This document shows positions 13,628 through 27,644 of a DNA stretch of 64,000 nt, in pieces (positions within the stretch are counted from its first letter, which is position 1; every line of letters starts with the position of its first letter). Under the pieces are notes generated by a model. It was not told where the DNA came from, did no database searches, and worked only from the letters and a program-made list of their open reading frames with translations. Made by a program: the position numbers and the translations under genes. This stretch comes from Parasitella parasitica NRRL 2501. Taxonomy: Eukaryota > Fungi > Mucoromycota. The stretch covers positions 426,752-490,751 of the forward strand of contig MU619239.1 in assembly GCA_025201805.1 (NCBI GenBank), given 5' to 3'.

Positions 13628-13942
13628 ATTTTTCTTTTCATGATTAAACAAAATTTGTGTATTTTATATCTGTCTGACACATTTCAACATGCCATTTGCT
13701 TCTGTTAATTTCAGAAGCTCTCTAATTATGAGATCTGACGTAGCAATCCGAAAGGAAGCTGCCGGAGAAAGTGCTTTATCCTACAACTTTCAGAATTGTG
13801 ATACTGTATCATTGTTGGAAGGCAATCTTAAAAAATGCGTCGCACGAGGAGGCTTTCATTATCACATGTCTTCAACAAGCCAAAATCAAGCCGAACCAAA
13901 TCTATATAATTTTTTTCTTTTTTTTTTTTTTTTTTTCCGAAC

Positions 13943-16125
13943 ATGACGAATAAACGAAACCATTCTGCTCCTCGTTCAATGGATGAGCAAGTTAACAGCC
14001 AGGATACGAATCATTCAGATATGAATATTAGCCATTCTTCTTGGTTGTATAGACTGACAACGGTACCGAATTCGAGCACAACAAAGCTAAATGACAGTGA
14101 AAAAGAACCTCAGACAGATGGAATGCTAGATAAAGTTGAAAATGATGCAAACATTATTGTCGAAAAAAATCATGAACAGCCACAACAAGAAGAAAATGCT
14201 CCCAATTATCCCGGCATTGGTATTTGGTCATGGTTGGGCTATCCAAGTTCTCAAGCAGCTACTTGCACTTCCGTTCCTGAATCAGAACCAGCGTCTGCAC
14301 CTGTTCCAAACGATGATGTGAATACAGCGAACCAAGAATCAACAACGAACGCTCATCAGATGAGCGATGTTACAGTTACACCCAAGCAATCCATTTATCA
14401 TCAGACCCGTAATTCATCTACTGCTTCCACTAAACAATCCTATTGGAAATCATTGTTTACATCGAAAGAGGATACCAATAACAATCAGCAAGATTCTGTC
14501 ATAATCCTTGACAAGGATGATCCTACAGAGCCAGATATACCCGCAACGGAAAACGCTGCAGAAGGAGAGCAACGGCGACGAAAACAGCCAGTCGCGCCAT
14601 CTCGGCATAATGTTGTTTTACCAACGTTCAAAGCCCAGTTTAGCAAAGCAACTGTTCCGCTCCATCATTCAAGCCCTTCCATATTTTCTAAAGCAATCAA
14701 TGCTATTAATTCAGTTATTTTTCCACGGAGCCCTCCGTCAGCCATTGATGATGAGTGGCACTATATCAATCGGCTGTCAACTGTACTGGATTCACTAAAG
14801 GTAAACATCTCAAATAAGCGAATAATTATCGTAGGAGTGCATGGATGGTTTCCAATGAAGGTTCGTATCAACATAAGTTATATGAACACAGTATAATATG
14901 CAATGGTAACTTTTGTATATAAAGCTTGTTCGAAGCATGATGGGAGAACCGACGGGCACCTCTATCAAGTTTTGTGAGCAGATGACAATGGCAGTAAAGC
15001 AATACTTTGAAAATACACATGGAATCACAATACCAGACGAATCTATAGTCAGTATCCCTTTGCAGTGGGAAGGGAAAGTGCTTGAAAGAGTAGAAAAATT
15101 GTACAGCATTATTGAATCAGATTATAAAAACGTGATAGAAGAAGCTGACATTGTTCTGTGGGCAACTCATTCGCAAGGAACTCCTGTTTCTGCCATTTTG
15201 TTGCAAAAATTGATCCAAGAGAGCATTATCAAAGCCGATAGACAACCTATTTGCTTGCTTGCAATGGCTGGAATATCACATGGACCGTTTCCGTCCCTAA
15301 AAGGAAGCCTATTTGTAAAGGTAGAAAAATGTACACGCAGCAAGAAAAATACAGAATAGCAAGACTAAAAGATTCAATCTGTAGTACTTTGAAGCGGATG
15401 CAGCTAGGGAGCTATTTGAATTCATGAACTCTGATTCAGATATATCAATACAATACAGAGAAGCCATGGCATATATCTTGCAAAACAAGGTAAAGACTGT
15501 ACTAGTTGGTTCAATGCAAGATCAGGTTGTCCCGCTGTATTCTGCCATCATGTCTGGTATCAGCCATCCCAATATTTTACGGGCAGTATACATTGACGGC
15601 CATATCTACACCAAAGACGACTTTTTGATCCGTCTGATTACGTTTGCGCTTCGATTGCTTAACGTAGGCTTATCAGATCATGGATTTCTCATACATATCA
15701 GTGAAGTTCTTGCGGGGAACATCTACGCTTGGGAAGGCGGCCACTCCACAGTGTACGAAGAGTTAGATGTATTTATGCTGCCATTGCAATACCTGTTTGA
15801 AACGAAACCCGTCGGTCAATTGGAAATCCTAAAACCAGCATCTCTCATATCTCAAAAGCTAAGCAACTCCAGCGACAAAGCAAAGCAAAAGGTATTGGAT
15901 ACAGTAAAGGCTAGATTGGATCCTTTTCAAGCTAAACTGCGACTTAATCCTTTCCATCTTCCATGGGCAATGAGGGGCATATGGGATGACCCTAGAATTC
16001 TGGATGATGATACGCTAAGTAGCGAGTTGGACAGGCTGCAGGAACTGTTTGATAGATGGAACCCTACAAGCGCTAGATTGAAGGAAATCAAGTTTAGATT
16101 GGAGCCGTTGAAGGCGAGGTTGTAG
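13943..16125 (+). CDS. YML020W-like conserved fungal alpha/beta-hydrolase-fold protein
   Basis: IIIVGVHGWFP..GEPTGTSIKF..ATHSQGTPVS..MAGISHGPF..DQVVPLYS..GGHS motifs; 2 introns. Confidence 0.85.
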
Positions 16126-16238
16126 AATGCAGTATTTGATGCGTATATTATTTGACATTGTTTTATTGACTTGGTTATATGTATAAATGTTTCGACTGCA
16201 ACTACTATATTCAGCTTCCTCTAATATTAATAAACTAT

Positions 16239-17342
<1,104 letters not shown>

Positions 17343-17724
17343 TGCTATTGTATTGTTCAAGAGATANNNNNNNNNNNNNNNAAAAAAAAAAAAAAAAAAA
17401 AAAAAAGAAGGTATTGTGAAAGCTTTCCGCCCTGTTAATTCTACCGAGGTGGCTTGAGTTGGATGTCACGCATCATGGTTGCATACTTTCTGTTATGTTG
17501 ATGTAATGCATGATTCAATCAATGCAGCTATTTATTGAAACGATACGGTATATGCCAATACGAGACTGATTCGAGTTGTGAATCTCTGAAAAATAAAGCA
17601 CTGTCATGTCAAAATCTTTAGAAATTTGGATTTTATGTAATGAAAAGTCAGGCAGCTCGAATGGATTCCAAAGATCTCGAATGTTTGGCAATAATTCTTG
17701 ATATATATACATGTATTGGATCAG

Positions 17725-19163
17725 TTATTCCTCTTCTGCTAAATCAACTATGACTGGAGCATCGTCTTCGTCTTCATCCTCATCTTCGTTTTCAGCCACT
17801 TTCCAATCAAACTTGTTCAAGATAAAGTATCTAAGCTTTGTATACCGAGAAACCAGTTTTTCTTCTGATCCTGGAATGTTTCTTTGCAATGTCTGTAATG
17901 TCTTGATTAATTATAAAATAACCACACCATATTATGCCTTACCTTTAGCATGACGCCTGTAAAATTGCCCTCTGACAGTATATCTCGATAGAAATCCTCG
18001 GGACATTCATCCAGTTGGAATTGTAGTACGTCTATGATGAATAAATACTTGACACCTCTATCGAACCTACCCCCACAAAAAAAAAAATTGCTTACCCATA
18101 AACTCTATAAACAGACATGGCTTTTCTGTCATTAGCTCGCTACATGAACACAACAGATGGACAAGCTTCTTCCACTGATTGAATCCTGAAAAATTCTGTG
18201 CCATCAACAAGCAGACAAATGAAAGCTGCAATTCGCCCAATAACACCTTGTAATCTATGGCAAGGCAGCCAGTTAATTTGGGCATTTTGAGGCATAGATG
18301 TTGGGCTGATTACCATTGTAATAAACATTTTCAAGAAGTTGGCCAGCGAGCCACGATTTATCCAGGCTCCACCGTGTCACTGTATCTCCCGAGGCACCGT
18401 CTGGAAATGACTTGCGTAGATCGAACGCTGTAAAGTCCATACCTTCTTCTTTTTCAATTGCTTTACCTAATCGTTTATCGTTAAGTGTGTTGATATCTTG
18501 ATCGGATACATTGACTGATTTGTCTGGCAAATGGGAAACTTTGCCATTATTGGGGAGAACCCGTCGAACAAGCCCTGGAATGATGTAATTTGTCAGTTTC
18601 TTCCATCTTTGAAAGTAGATGGGCGGTTCAAGAGGATATGGGCCCATATTGCGGTCTAAACTTCTGATATCTGCATGCATTTTAGAAGTTGTACGGGCAT
18701 TACTACGCCTTGTATTGTATCTTACTGGAACGAATACCCTCAAGTTGAACGGGGTCTAAATCGGATTCATCTCGAAGATCCTCGGTCTGTGGATCCCATT
18801 CTCTTACAAGGATCTGGTAGCCAGCCATAGATGTTTAGATCGTCGCAAGTTTGCTTTATTGTGGTATTACCTCTTGTGATTCGAAAAAATGAAAAAATCC
18901 AGTCCTGATACCTTGAATGCCTTCTTTGCTTGTTGTGCTATAAAGCAAGACGTTAGTCGCATAATGTAAGCTCGAGTCGAGACGATGTTTATGTACGAAA
19001 AGTATATAAAGTGGAGGCCAGGAGGAATAAGCTTGACACCTTTGAACATTGGGCCAATTGTCCACGCATTGTAATCAATGCCAAATTCTAGATTAGGCGG
19101 TGCGTCCATAAAAAGCATGAAAGCCCCTACATCAAAAAGCTTGTTTGCGGTTTCTTGATCCAT
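17725..19163 (-). CDS. AAR2: U5 snRNP assembly factor Aar2
   Basis: EFGIDYNAWTIGPMFKGVKLIPPGLHFIY..LDRNMGPYP..SLDKSW..LLGELQLSFV..DAPVIVDL. Confidence 0.92.
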
Positions 19164-19175
19164 TTGACCTTTGTG

Positions 19176-19213
<38 letters not shown>

Positions 19214-19322
19214 GCAGTCAGAATTGGTTGCCACTTGAGCTTCATATACCCAGTTTATTTGGCATGGCAACGAACCGAATTTACGATTCAAGAACATTTC
19301 TACTAGGAATTTTTATTTACAA

Positions 19323-21494
19323 TTAGTATAATTCTTGATGCTTCAGCTTGGAAGATACATGGTGATAGTGCTGTAGATCGTCATTGTATTCCAATTTGCC
19401 ATCTATGGTCAAATTGCTAACGTGAAATAATGGATTATCCCTATAAAATTGCTGGATTAGTACACGGCTACTTATTTCTAGCGATTCACCCTACAGATTG
19501 AGTCTTGTGGTTATTTCGGTAAGATTCAAGTCAAGCACTTTACTTATGAATTCGCCAACTTGGGTGTTTTCATGACTCCCGATCAAATATTCAGCGCCAC
19601 TCCCATAAGCATACAGATTAACATCAACACCACTATGGCCATGAGTTGCCCACTGCATTGCAATGTTATTTAGTAAATATCCATGGACACAACGGCAAGA
19701 CACTTACGCCTAATTGAGCTCGAATGGACACCATGTCTGCTAAATATTTATCCAAATTGCTCTTTCTCAACAACTGTTTGATTTCCTTTTCTGTTGCGTC
19801 CGTGATTCCGAGATTATCTTTCAACACTGTGTCCACAATGAACTTTCTTGTCAGTGAAGACTGCTGCTTGATCAATTTTTCGAGGTTTATAGTTGAGCTT
19901 TTGACTTTGGTCAGCACATCTGGATACCACAGATACTCTGGGTATTCTTTAGTTACTTGACGTGCTAATGATAAACCGCCGGTTTCATGATCACTGGTTG
20001 AAATCATAACCGTGTCGGGATGTTCGTCGACATATTTCTTGACCAGTTCAACAGTGTTCTGATATTCTAAAATCTCATGTACATGAGTGGCAGCATCGTT
20101 CCTACCAACGTTCTGTTAAAATAACGCTCCTATATTCTAATGGATTTTTGTCACTTACGAGTGTGCGGCCATGTCGATTCGGCTGCCTTCAATCATCAAA
20201 AAGAATCCCTTTTCCTTATTCTCAGTTGCCTCGTACAGGATATCTAGGGCTTTCTTTGACATTTCTGTCAAACTAGGTTGGCTGTCAGGATTTCTGTCGA
20301 TTTCGTAGTCCATATGCTGCAAGTAAGTTAGTACTTGCATAAGATGCGCTATAAGGGGTGCTTACGTCTGAGGAAAACAAGCTAATTGCGGGTAATACGC
20401 TTCCATCTGAAGGCAGGGCCTCGAACGCTTCTTTACTGTTATGGATGACGGTAGTCCAGTTGTAGGAAGATGATGCTTCCTCCAATAGATTGCGGGAATC
20501 TGACCTGCAGCCCCCGTCTTTTGAAATCGGTAGGAAGTGACAATACCCGCCCCCGAACATCAAGTCGACGCTCCTTCCTAACGGGTTGTCACCTATTTGT
20601 TGTATTGCTATTGCATTTTCGTTATCTCTGTCTTGCACATGTGCCGAAAAGGAAGCAGGTGTTGCGTGCGTTATACGAGACGTTGCAACCAATCCGGTCA
20701 GCATTCCTTGTCCATGCTTGGCAGATTCTAGCACAGTTCCACAAGGATTCAGTTTAGGGCCCACTATTTTTTTTTTTTTTTTTGTTTTGTTTTGTACGTC
20801 ATTAAGGAAAATAAACAAAAGTGAAAAATGCATGCATTTACCTCCAACTGCTCCATTGTACGTTTTCATGTTGCAGCTAAACGCCGTAGCACCAGCAGCA
20901 CTGTCTGTTACTAGAGTTGATGAGCTCCTTGTTCTAGATTGCCCAACATGGATTTTATCCAAGGGCATTTCGTAGTCGTAGGGTTGGTTTTGTGTGTACT
21001 GGTAATATGTTCTAGCAAACGAGACTGATGCTGGACCAAGTCCGTCACTAATCATCATGATTACATTCTTAGGCTTTTGCAAAGATGCCGTTGATGAGCT
21101 CAAGAACCGTGTAGGTTGTTGACCTAGCGACAAACGAGTCAATTTCAATATAATAAATGTACAAGGGATAAATTAATTAATTCTTACTGTGAATCCAAGG
21201 TTGGCTGACATTGTTGGAACCCTCAATAATGTCTGGCCCTCTCAAACTCATTGCGATAGCTATTCCAATCACTGATATTACAGTGGTCGTGCAGCCGGTA
21301 ATAATCCATCTGCGGTACCGGCGCTATTCAATGTTTTAGTATAAATGTAGCACTGAAAATCATAGGTTCAGTATTACCATACAAGACGGCTGCTTTTCAT
21401 TCGGAACCCACTCATTGTCTAATGAAATGTCTTCGCTGTATTCTTCTGTAGAAGATCGAGATGTCTGGTTGGAATCTAGGAGTGGCTCGCTCAT
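19323..21494 (-). CDS. PHO8: Vacuolar alkaline phosphatase
   Basis: NVIMMISDG, TDSAAGATAF (catalytic Ser), ITHATPA, EGSRIDMAAH, TSDHETGG, GHSGVDV; N-terminal MSEPLL dileucine-like signal followed by a TM segment. Confidence 0.93.
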
Positions 21495-23225
21495 TGATAA
21501 CAAAATTAAAAAAAGGAAACAATGAGAGAAAAAAGTGAAGAAAGAGCAGTGTGCTTTTGCAGAAACTTAAAACAATGCGGAGATCTAGCCAACAAGCCAG
21601 TAAGTCGTCGATCATTTTCTTTTTTGGGATGTGAATTTATTTGCACTTTGCCTTTTTAAGAGTGGGTCTTATTGAATCCAACACAAACAATTCCTAACGC
21701 CTGTTGGCTTCACATCGATTTTGTACATGGTCTTTTAGTTAATATGCATATCATATCAAACGAAGTGTAAAAAGTAAAAGAGCGAATTTCAGTCCCGTGT
21801 GTATAATTTTATACAAATTTACTAAAAACCATAAATTATCTCTATATGCGATATATATGATATACGATATTTGAGCAATTCCAAGATCATTGCTGGCCTC
21901 ACAGTCTTCAAACTAGGAAGAACAACTATTTGGTGGGCACATTGCCGTCCAAATGAGTTGGCTAATTGATAAACCTATAGGACCTGGATTCTTTTTCTTG
22001 ACACATCGCGATTATTCATTGTTTCCTCATCGATACAAATATGATAACACGTCCTCACTATTAGTGAACAAATAATAAGAAATACACACGGGCTCAGTAC
22101 CCTTTGACTAATTGTTTTATTATTGAGATTGGTACAGGGACGTGGGATGATAAAGCATATCAAATAGTGGGTCCGTGCCTTGACAGTTGTTTAAATCAGC
22201 CTAATGTTGTTGTTGCTATGGAAACCGTGATATTAAGCTATCCAGCAACAATTGAGGTGTTTACTGATCTGTATCAAATGCAAATACAAAAATATATAAT
22301 ACACCTATAGCAAACCGCGGATGCTTAGTACTTGTAGGAGATTAAGCACTATATTATTGCATTCAAAATCTACATGTGCAGATCTACCACTTATTGATTT
22401 TGTCAAAGGGCGGTGAGGTTTTTCAATGTTTCAATTGGAAAACTAGAAATATCAAGTGTCTTGTTAGGGAAAGTTAGATTTGCACTGAATCAAATTGGTC
22501 GAGAACTTTGCTTTTTTTCCTTCTTTTAGCTTGCAAATAATAGAGAGATACAATACGCGATGGTACTCCTCAATTTCATGTCAGATAACAATGTTGCTTA
22601 TTAGGTTTATGGTAATAGCCAGGCTTGTGTAGGACCTAATGTAAACTTGAAAATTTTCCATCGAAAATACTCTTGTCAAAACTTTAACGAAAAAGAAAAA
22701 AAAATTGCCTTGTTTTATCTATAAATAATGTACTGCTGATTGTTGTATGCTTTTTATCTAGAAATGAAGCTTGCCAAATTCTTGTTTTCATGATCTAGAT
22801 CAGAAAATATGCCTATTATTGTTTCAACACGAATAAAATTGTCCGGTTGGTGCATACATTAGGTTTGTTGATCCGATCGACCGGAGATCTCATGCTTCGT
22901 ATGAGGGACATACTTTACCCATTGCCTCTTGTTTATGGCATATCTCCTGCAGTGCATAATGTAGACATAATGCCTTGTTTTTGCATATAGCAAATGGTAA
23001 ATTTTTCAAGAAACTAATATGAATTCGTATCATGATCCAAAGCTCTGGTTGTCCTCATGGATAGCTTGATGAGTCATGATCTGCTGTATTTTTACAAAAT
23101 GTACTTGTCGCAACAATCCGATTGTCTCCGCCCAAAAAGGATTACAAGATGTCTATGTGATATAAAAAGCACGACATGAAAATCACCTATCCTTGTCTTC
23201 TCTTGCAAATTTCGTAAATCAGAAA

Positions 23226-25308
23226 ATGAAGCATTCAATTGACCTACCAACAACTGAGGTGATTGCAGAAAATGACTTCAACGGCGATACAACTACAGAT
23301 CAGACGTATGTGTCTGCCAACGACGCCACTAGTGTTGCAGGAGCAACTACATCCAAATGTATAACAGGCAACAGTAAAAAAAAGTGCAAGCTCAATGCGT
23401 GGTATAGCCTTATGATGGGTGATATCTACGCTTCAGATGATCCTAATCTATACTCGCAAAACAAAAAAAATGTCATCATAATGCTGGTAGCTCTCAGTGG
23501 GATTGCAGGACCAATGTCGTCCATGATGTACATGCCTGGTATTTTGGCCGTAGTTCAAGACTTGCATACAACAACTTCTGCTGTGAATGGCACAATATCT
23601 GCATTTGTTGTATTTATGGGTATATCTGTAAGTTTTTTTTTTTCTTTTTTCGTCCATAACGTGCATGAGATTCATTATTGACAATTTACAAAGCCATTAG
23701 TTTGGGCCGCTTTGAGCGACACCTATGGTAGAAAGCCAATGTACGTTTACAGCGGTATTATTAGCGTGGTAAGTTCCATTATTGGAGCTAATTCCTCCAA
23801 TATTGGCATGCTTGTTGTATTCCGTGCTTTACAGTCTTTTGGCTCAAATGCGGGTTTGACATTGGGCGCTGGTGTTATTGCTGATATGATTCCCGTTGAA
23901 TCCCGAGGCAAAGCTTATGGTATATTTTATACGTGAGTCCTGATTCTTTTTTTTTTTGTTTTTTTTTCTTTTTATAATAACGTGTGATAATTTTATATTC
24001 TGTAGTGGCCCTTTATTAGGCCCTGTCATTGGTAAGTGTATTTGATCTCTTGCTTCATCATACACAAATCGTACTTACGTCTTTCACATATAGGCCCTAC
24101 AATTGGTGGTATGTACATCATGCTAGGCTTTTTGAGTTGCGTACATCTACTAATCTGATGCTTTTACAGGCTTTCTTTGTCAATATTTGGGTTGGAGATC
24201 CACATTTTATTTTACAGCCATCCTATGCGGAGTTTTGCTGATATTCAGTGCATTTTTTCTGCCAGAGACACTAAGGAAGCAAAGGCCACAAGAAAAACAG
24301 CTCGACGACACCCTATCTTCTACGAGCACTACGATACATGTCAAGAGTAGCTCGTCCTCATCGCCGTCCTTTTTGGCTACACTGTACACCAGTTTCCATC
24401 CCATGATTACCATGCTATACGATCCGAATGTTATTCTTTTGATGCTGTTTAACAGTATTATTTTTGGAAGCTTATATATTTTGAACCCTACCATCACTCA
24501 AACATTCAAGCACATCTACGGCTACACTGAATGGCAAACGGGCTTGTGTTTCCTCTCTTTGGGATTTGGTTTTATGCTAGGTTCTATTATCAGCGGACGG
24601 CATTCCGACTATATCCTAAGAAAGCTCTCCAAAAAAAATGCCGATGGCAAAAAGATCGTTTCTGAAATGCGTTTGCAAGCTGCAGTGCCATCATTTTTTC
24701 TCATGCCTGCAGGTTATTTGATTTATGGCTGGACTACAGAGAAGCAAGTAGGCGTCTATGCTCCTCTTATTGGTTTATTCGTTTGTAAGTTCAACCCATT
24801 TGTATCTTTTTATGGCAAGTGTTGGCTCGATTCTCATGTGTACATTTTTAGACGCACTGGGGCAGATGTGGGCTTTTACTCCAACTTCGGTCTATCTTGT
24901 CGATTCAAAGCCAGGTACACAGACATGCTTTTACGATGCCCTACATTTCAATTAATAATGTATCTATATATATATGTAGGCTATTCAGCAACTGCAGTTG
25001 GTGTAAACAGCTGTGTTCGCTGCATTGTTGCTGCAATTACAACGGTGTTTTCTAGTGCTGCCGTGGATGGTTTGGGTAATGGTATCATGTTTACTATTCT
25101 AGCAGTTGTTGGAATATTGAATGGTGGATTTGTTGTTGCTTGCTATTTGAAAGGCACTAAATGGAGACGAACATTTGAGCAAAAGCATATGCCGGATTTA
25201 TACATTTTGAATAACCCTGACCTGGCGGGTGTGTCTGCAGTTGTCAAGCAAAATGAAGAACAAGATCTCGAAAAGGTTTATACTCAACATAGTGCATGTA
25301 TTGCTTAG
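23226..25308 (+). CDS. MFS transporter, DHA1 family (Qdr/Dtr1-like)
   Basis: SDTYGRKP motif A, FRALQSFG, GPLLGPVIGPTIGG assembled via micro-exons, GWRSTFY, FLPETLR, EMRL. Confidence 0.92.
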
Positions 25309-25798
25309 ACCATTTGGATATGCATTTTCATTACCTTTTTTTTTTTGTTTTTTGTTTTTTGTACACTTATTTTCTGTTTATTCCTACTATATCACTATAT
25401 TATTATACAACTTGCATCAACTCATTTAATCATACGTATATAAATATTTATGTTAATGCCTGGCAGCCATTTATTCTTTCCGGATTACATGTAAAAAAGA
25501 GACCGCATGCGACCAAAAGGGGGCCAGCCCAGTTTAGTTTCTGACACAGTCATATTATAGCAATCTGTTGTTATGGTAACATGTTGAGATAAAAGATTTA
25601 AAAATAAACATGAAGCGTACAAACATTGGAACCCCAAAGTTCGTGCATAAGTGTTATGTGAGCACATTGACTTTCCACGTGGACATCACATCCCCCCCTA
25701 AAACATGAAAGAGTGAGTGACTTGTCGCACGATGGGAGATGTGCCCCATTCCAAACCACGAGTGGGCCCGCTTGGAGTGGGGTTTTTGGTTGATAAAC

Positions 25799-26296
25799 AT
25801 GCAAAAAGAACAACAACAAAGGAGCCCATACGAAATTTTAGGAGTCGGCCGCTTTACGACGCAAAAGGAAATCCGAAAACGCTACCTACAGCTCTGTAAA
25901 ACACATCATCCAGACGTTTCAGCAAACAGCAGCGTAGATTTCAGGGAAATCACAGTTGCTTACGAGATGTTGGCAAACAACAAACACCAGCAAGCATTAG
26001 ACATCAAACATCACAGCAACCACCGTAGTCCAATAGACACCAAGCTGTGGACAAAGAGAAGCTATCTTTTTGGAGTTGCATTGGTTGCCTTTACGTTTAT
26101 GTATGCATACGAAGGGAAATCTTCGCCGAGAGTGTTGCTGCCTCATGAGAAAAGAAAATTGGCAGCAGCAGCAGCAGCAGCAGGGGCGGCTCAGCAGCAA
26201 TTGCCTACTACGAAAGAGCAAAACCAAGTGAAAAGAAATGATGTAACCCCGTGGCAAGCAGCCGGAATCTCTTTTCGTGAATGGCGAAAAGGCTAA
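25799..26296 (+). CDS. Small DnaJ (J-domain) protein with one TM segment
   Basis: SPYEILGV..IRKRYLQLCKTHHPD..FREITVAYEML; TM YLFGVALVAFTFMYAY. Confidence 0.8.
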   Translation: MQKEQQQRSPYEILGVGRFTTQKEIRKRYLQLCKTHHPDVSANSSVDFREITVAYEMLANNKHQQALDIKHHSNHRSPIDTKLWTKRSYLFGVALVAFTFMYAYEGKSSPRVLLPHEKRKLAAAAAAAGAAQQQLPTTKEQNQVKRNDVTPWQAAGISFREWRKG

Positions 26297-26304
26297 AAAT
26301 ATTT

Positions 26305-26342
26305 TTCTCTCTCTCTCTCTCTTTCTCCTCTCTCTCTCTCTC
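26305..26342. repeat. Imperfect (CT)n microsatellite / pyrimidine tract just upstream of the next gene
   Basis: ctctctctctctct... seen directly. Confidence 0.8.
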
Positions 26343-26395
26343 TTGCTGAATACCCCTCCCCTTTTTTTTTCTCCCCTTTTCGTTTATCACAATAA

Positions 26396-27556
26396 ATGCC
26401 AAGTACCACCCTCATGCTACCGTCAAAGCCTATCGCCATCCCAGGCCAAACACTGGATAATGAAATGTCTTATCGAGAAATCATTAAACAATTGGCACAG
26501 ACTACAGCGAAGCCCTATGGCGACATACCCCCTATGATGAAAACAAAGAAAAAAAAGAGATCCAAGAAGGATAAAGCAGGCTCACCCACGTCAAAGCCAG
26601 CGTCACCCACCTCATCGTCCAAGCCTATAAGAAGGATGTCGCATGTCGAAGACTGGATTGTCGTCGACAGTAAGGAATCTTTGCCTGACGAGGAAGAATT
26701 GGTATGTGGGCAGACACAAATTTTAGTGCGATGGGAAAAAAAAAATTAAAAAATGCTGCTTGAAATACAGGTACGATCACCATTTAGAAATTTTTTGTCT
26801 GGAGATTTTTTTACAGAGGTGCTGCCATTGCACATGCCGCCACCTTCTTTGAGCGAACAGTTTGGATTGGAGGAAGAGCAGGGCGAGGGTAGGAAATTAC
26901 ACGGCGATGCGCAATTATCGCTGGAGCTGATGCAAGAATATGATGGCATGAGCGATGATGATGATGATGAGCAAGTCCTGGGCACGAGTTGGAAATCACC
27001 ATCCACTTCGGTAATGCCCAAAGATTTACTGCGCAGACATTCAATATCTTCATTTACCTCCTCCGCTTCATCGACCACTACGACGGCGTCGTATGCAGTC
27101 TCTTCATCTCCTCCACACCTGTCAAATACGGACCATGAATTATGGAAAGAAACACTGGCTAAATTAAAAAGGTCTCTATTTGTATCCCCTCCACCAACAC
27201 TAACACCGGTGCCCGTACCACCGACGACCACAATACCACCAGCGTTCAAACTGAAAAGAACCAGCAGCAAACTAATTCCAATGCCTATACCGCCCCGAAA
27301 AATATCGCAAAAAAGACGATCGGAGGCTACCACACAGCCAAGATTTAACCCGGATACCAACACATATACAAGAGACACGCGGTCGAATCCAGACCATCTG
27401 AGGATGATTTCCGCTGAATTAAACATGATGAGGGGAAGGAAATTGTTGAGCCCCCTGAAACCAAGAGGATTTCTACCTAGAAGAAAGGATGCTTTTGTTC
27501 GTGGTGCAAGACGAAATAGATCACATTTGATGCAAGAGATTATGATTGATAAATGA
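26396..27556 (+). CDS. Hypothetical Ser/Pro-rich protein, 2 exons, with a compact C-terminal motif
   Basis: Intron gtatgt...atacag (~26702-26770) joins the two ORFs; C-terminal RDTRSNPDHLRMISAELNMMRGRKLLSPLKPR resembles a motif I recall from uncharacterised fungal proteins. Confidence 0.7.
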
Positions 27557-27557
27557 A

Positions 27558-27559
<2 letters not shown>

Positions 27560-27638
<79 letters not shown>
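27560..27638. repeat. Poly-T run (~79 nt)
   Basis: Seen directly. Confidence 0.95.

Positions 27639-27644
<6 letters not shown>

Noticed and set aside
17367-17381. N runs here and at 54640-54649
   Set aside because: Assembly gaps in non-coding sequence near homopolymers, not biology
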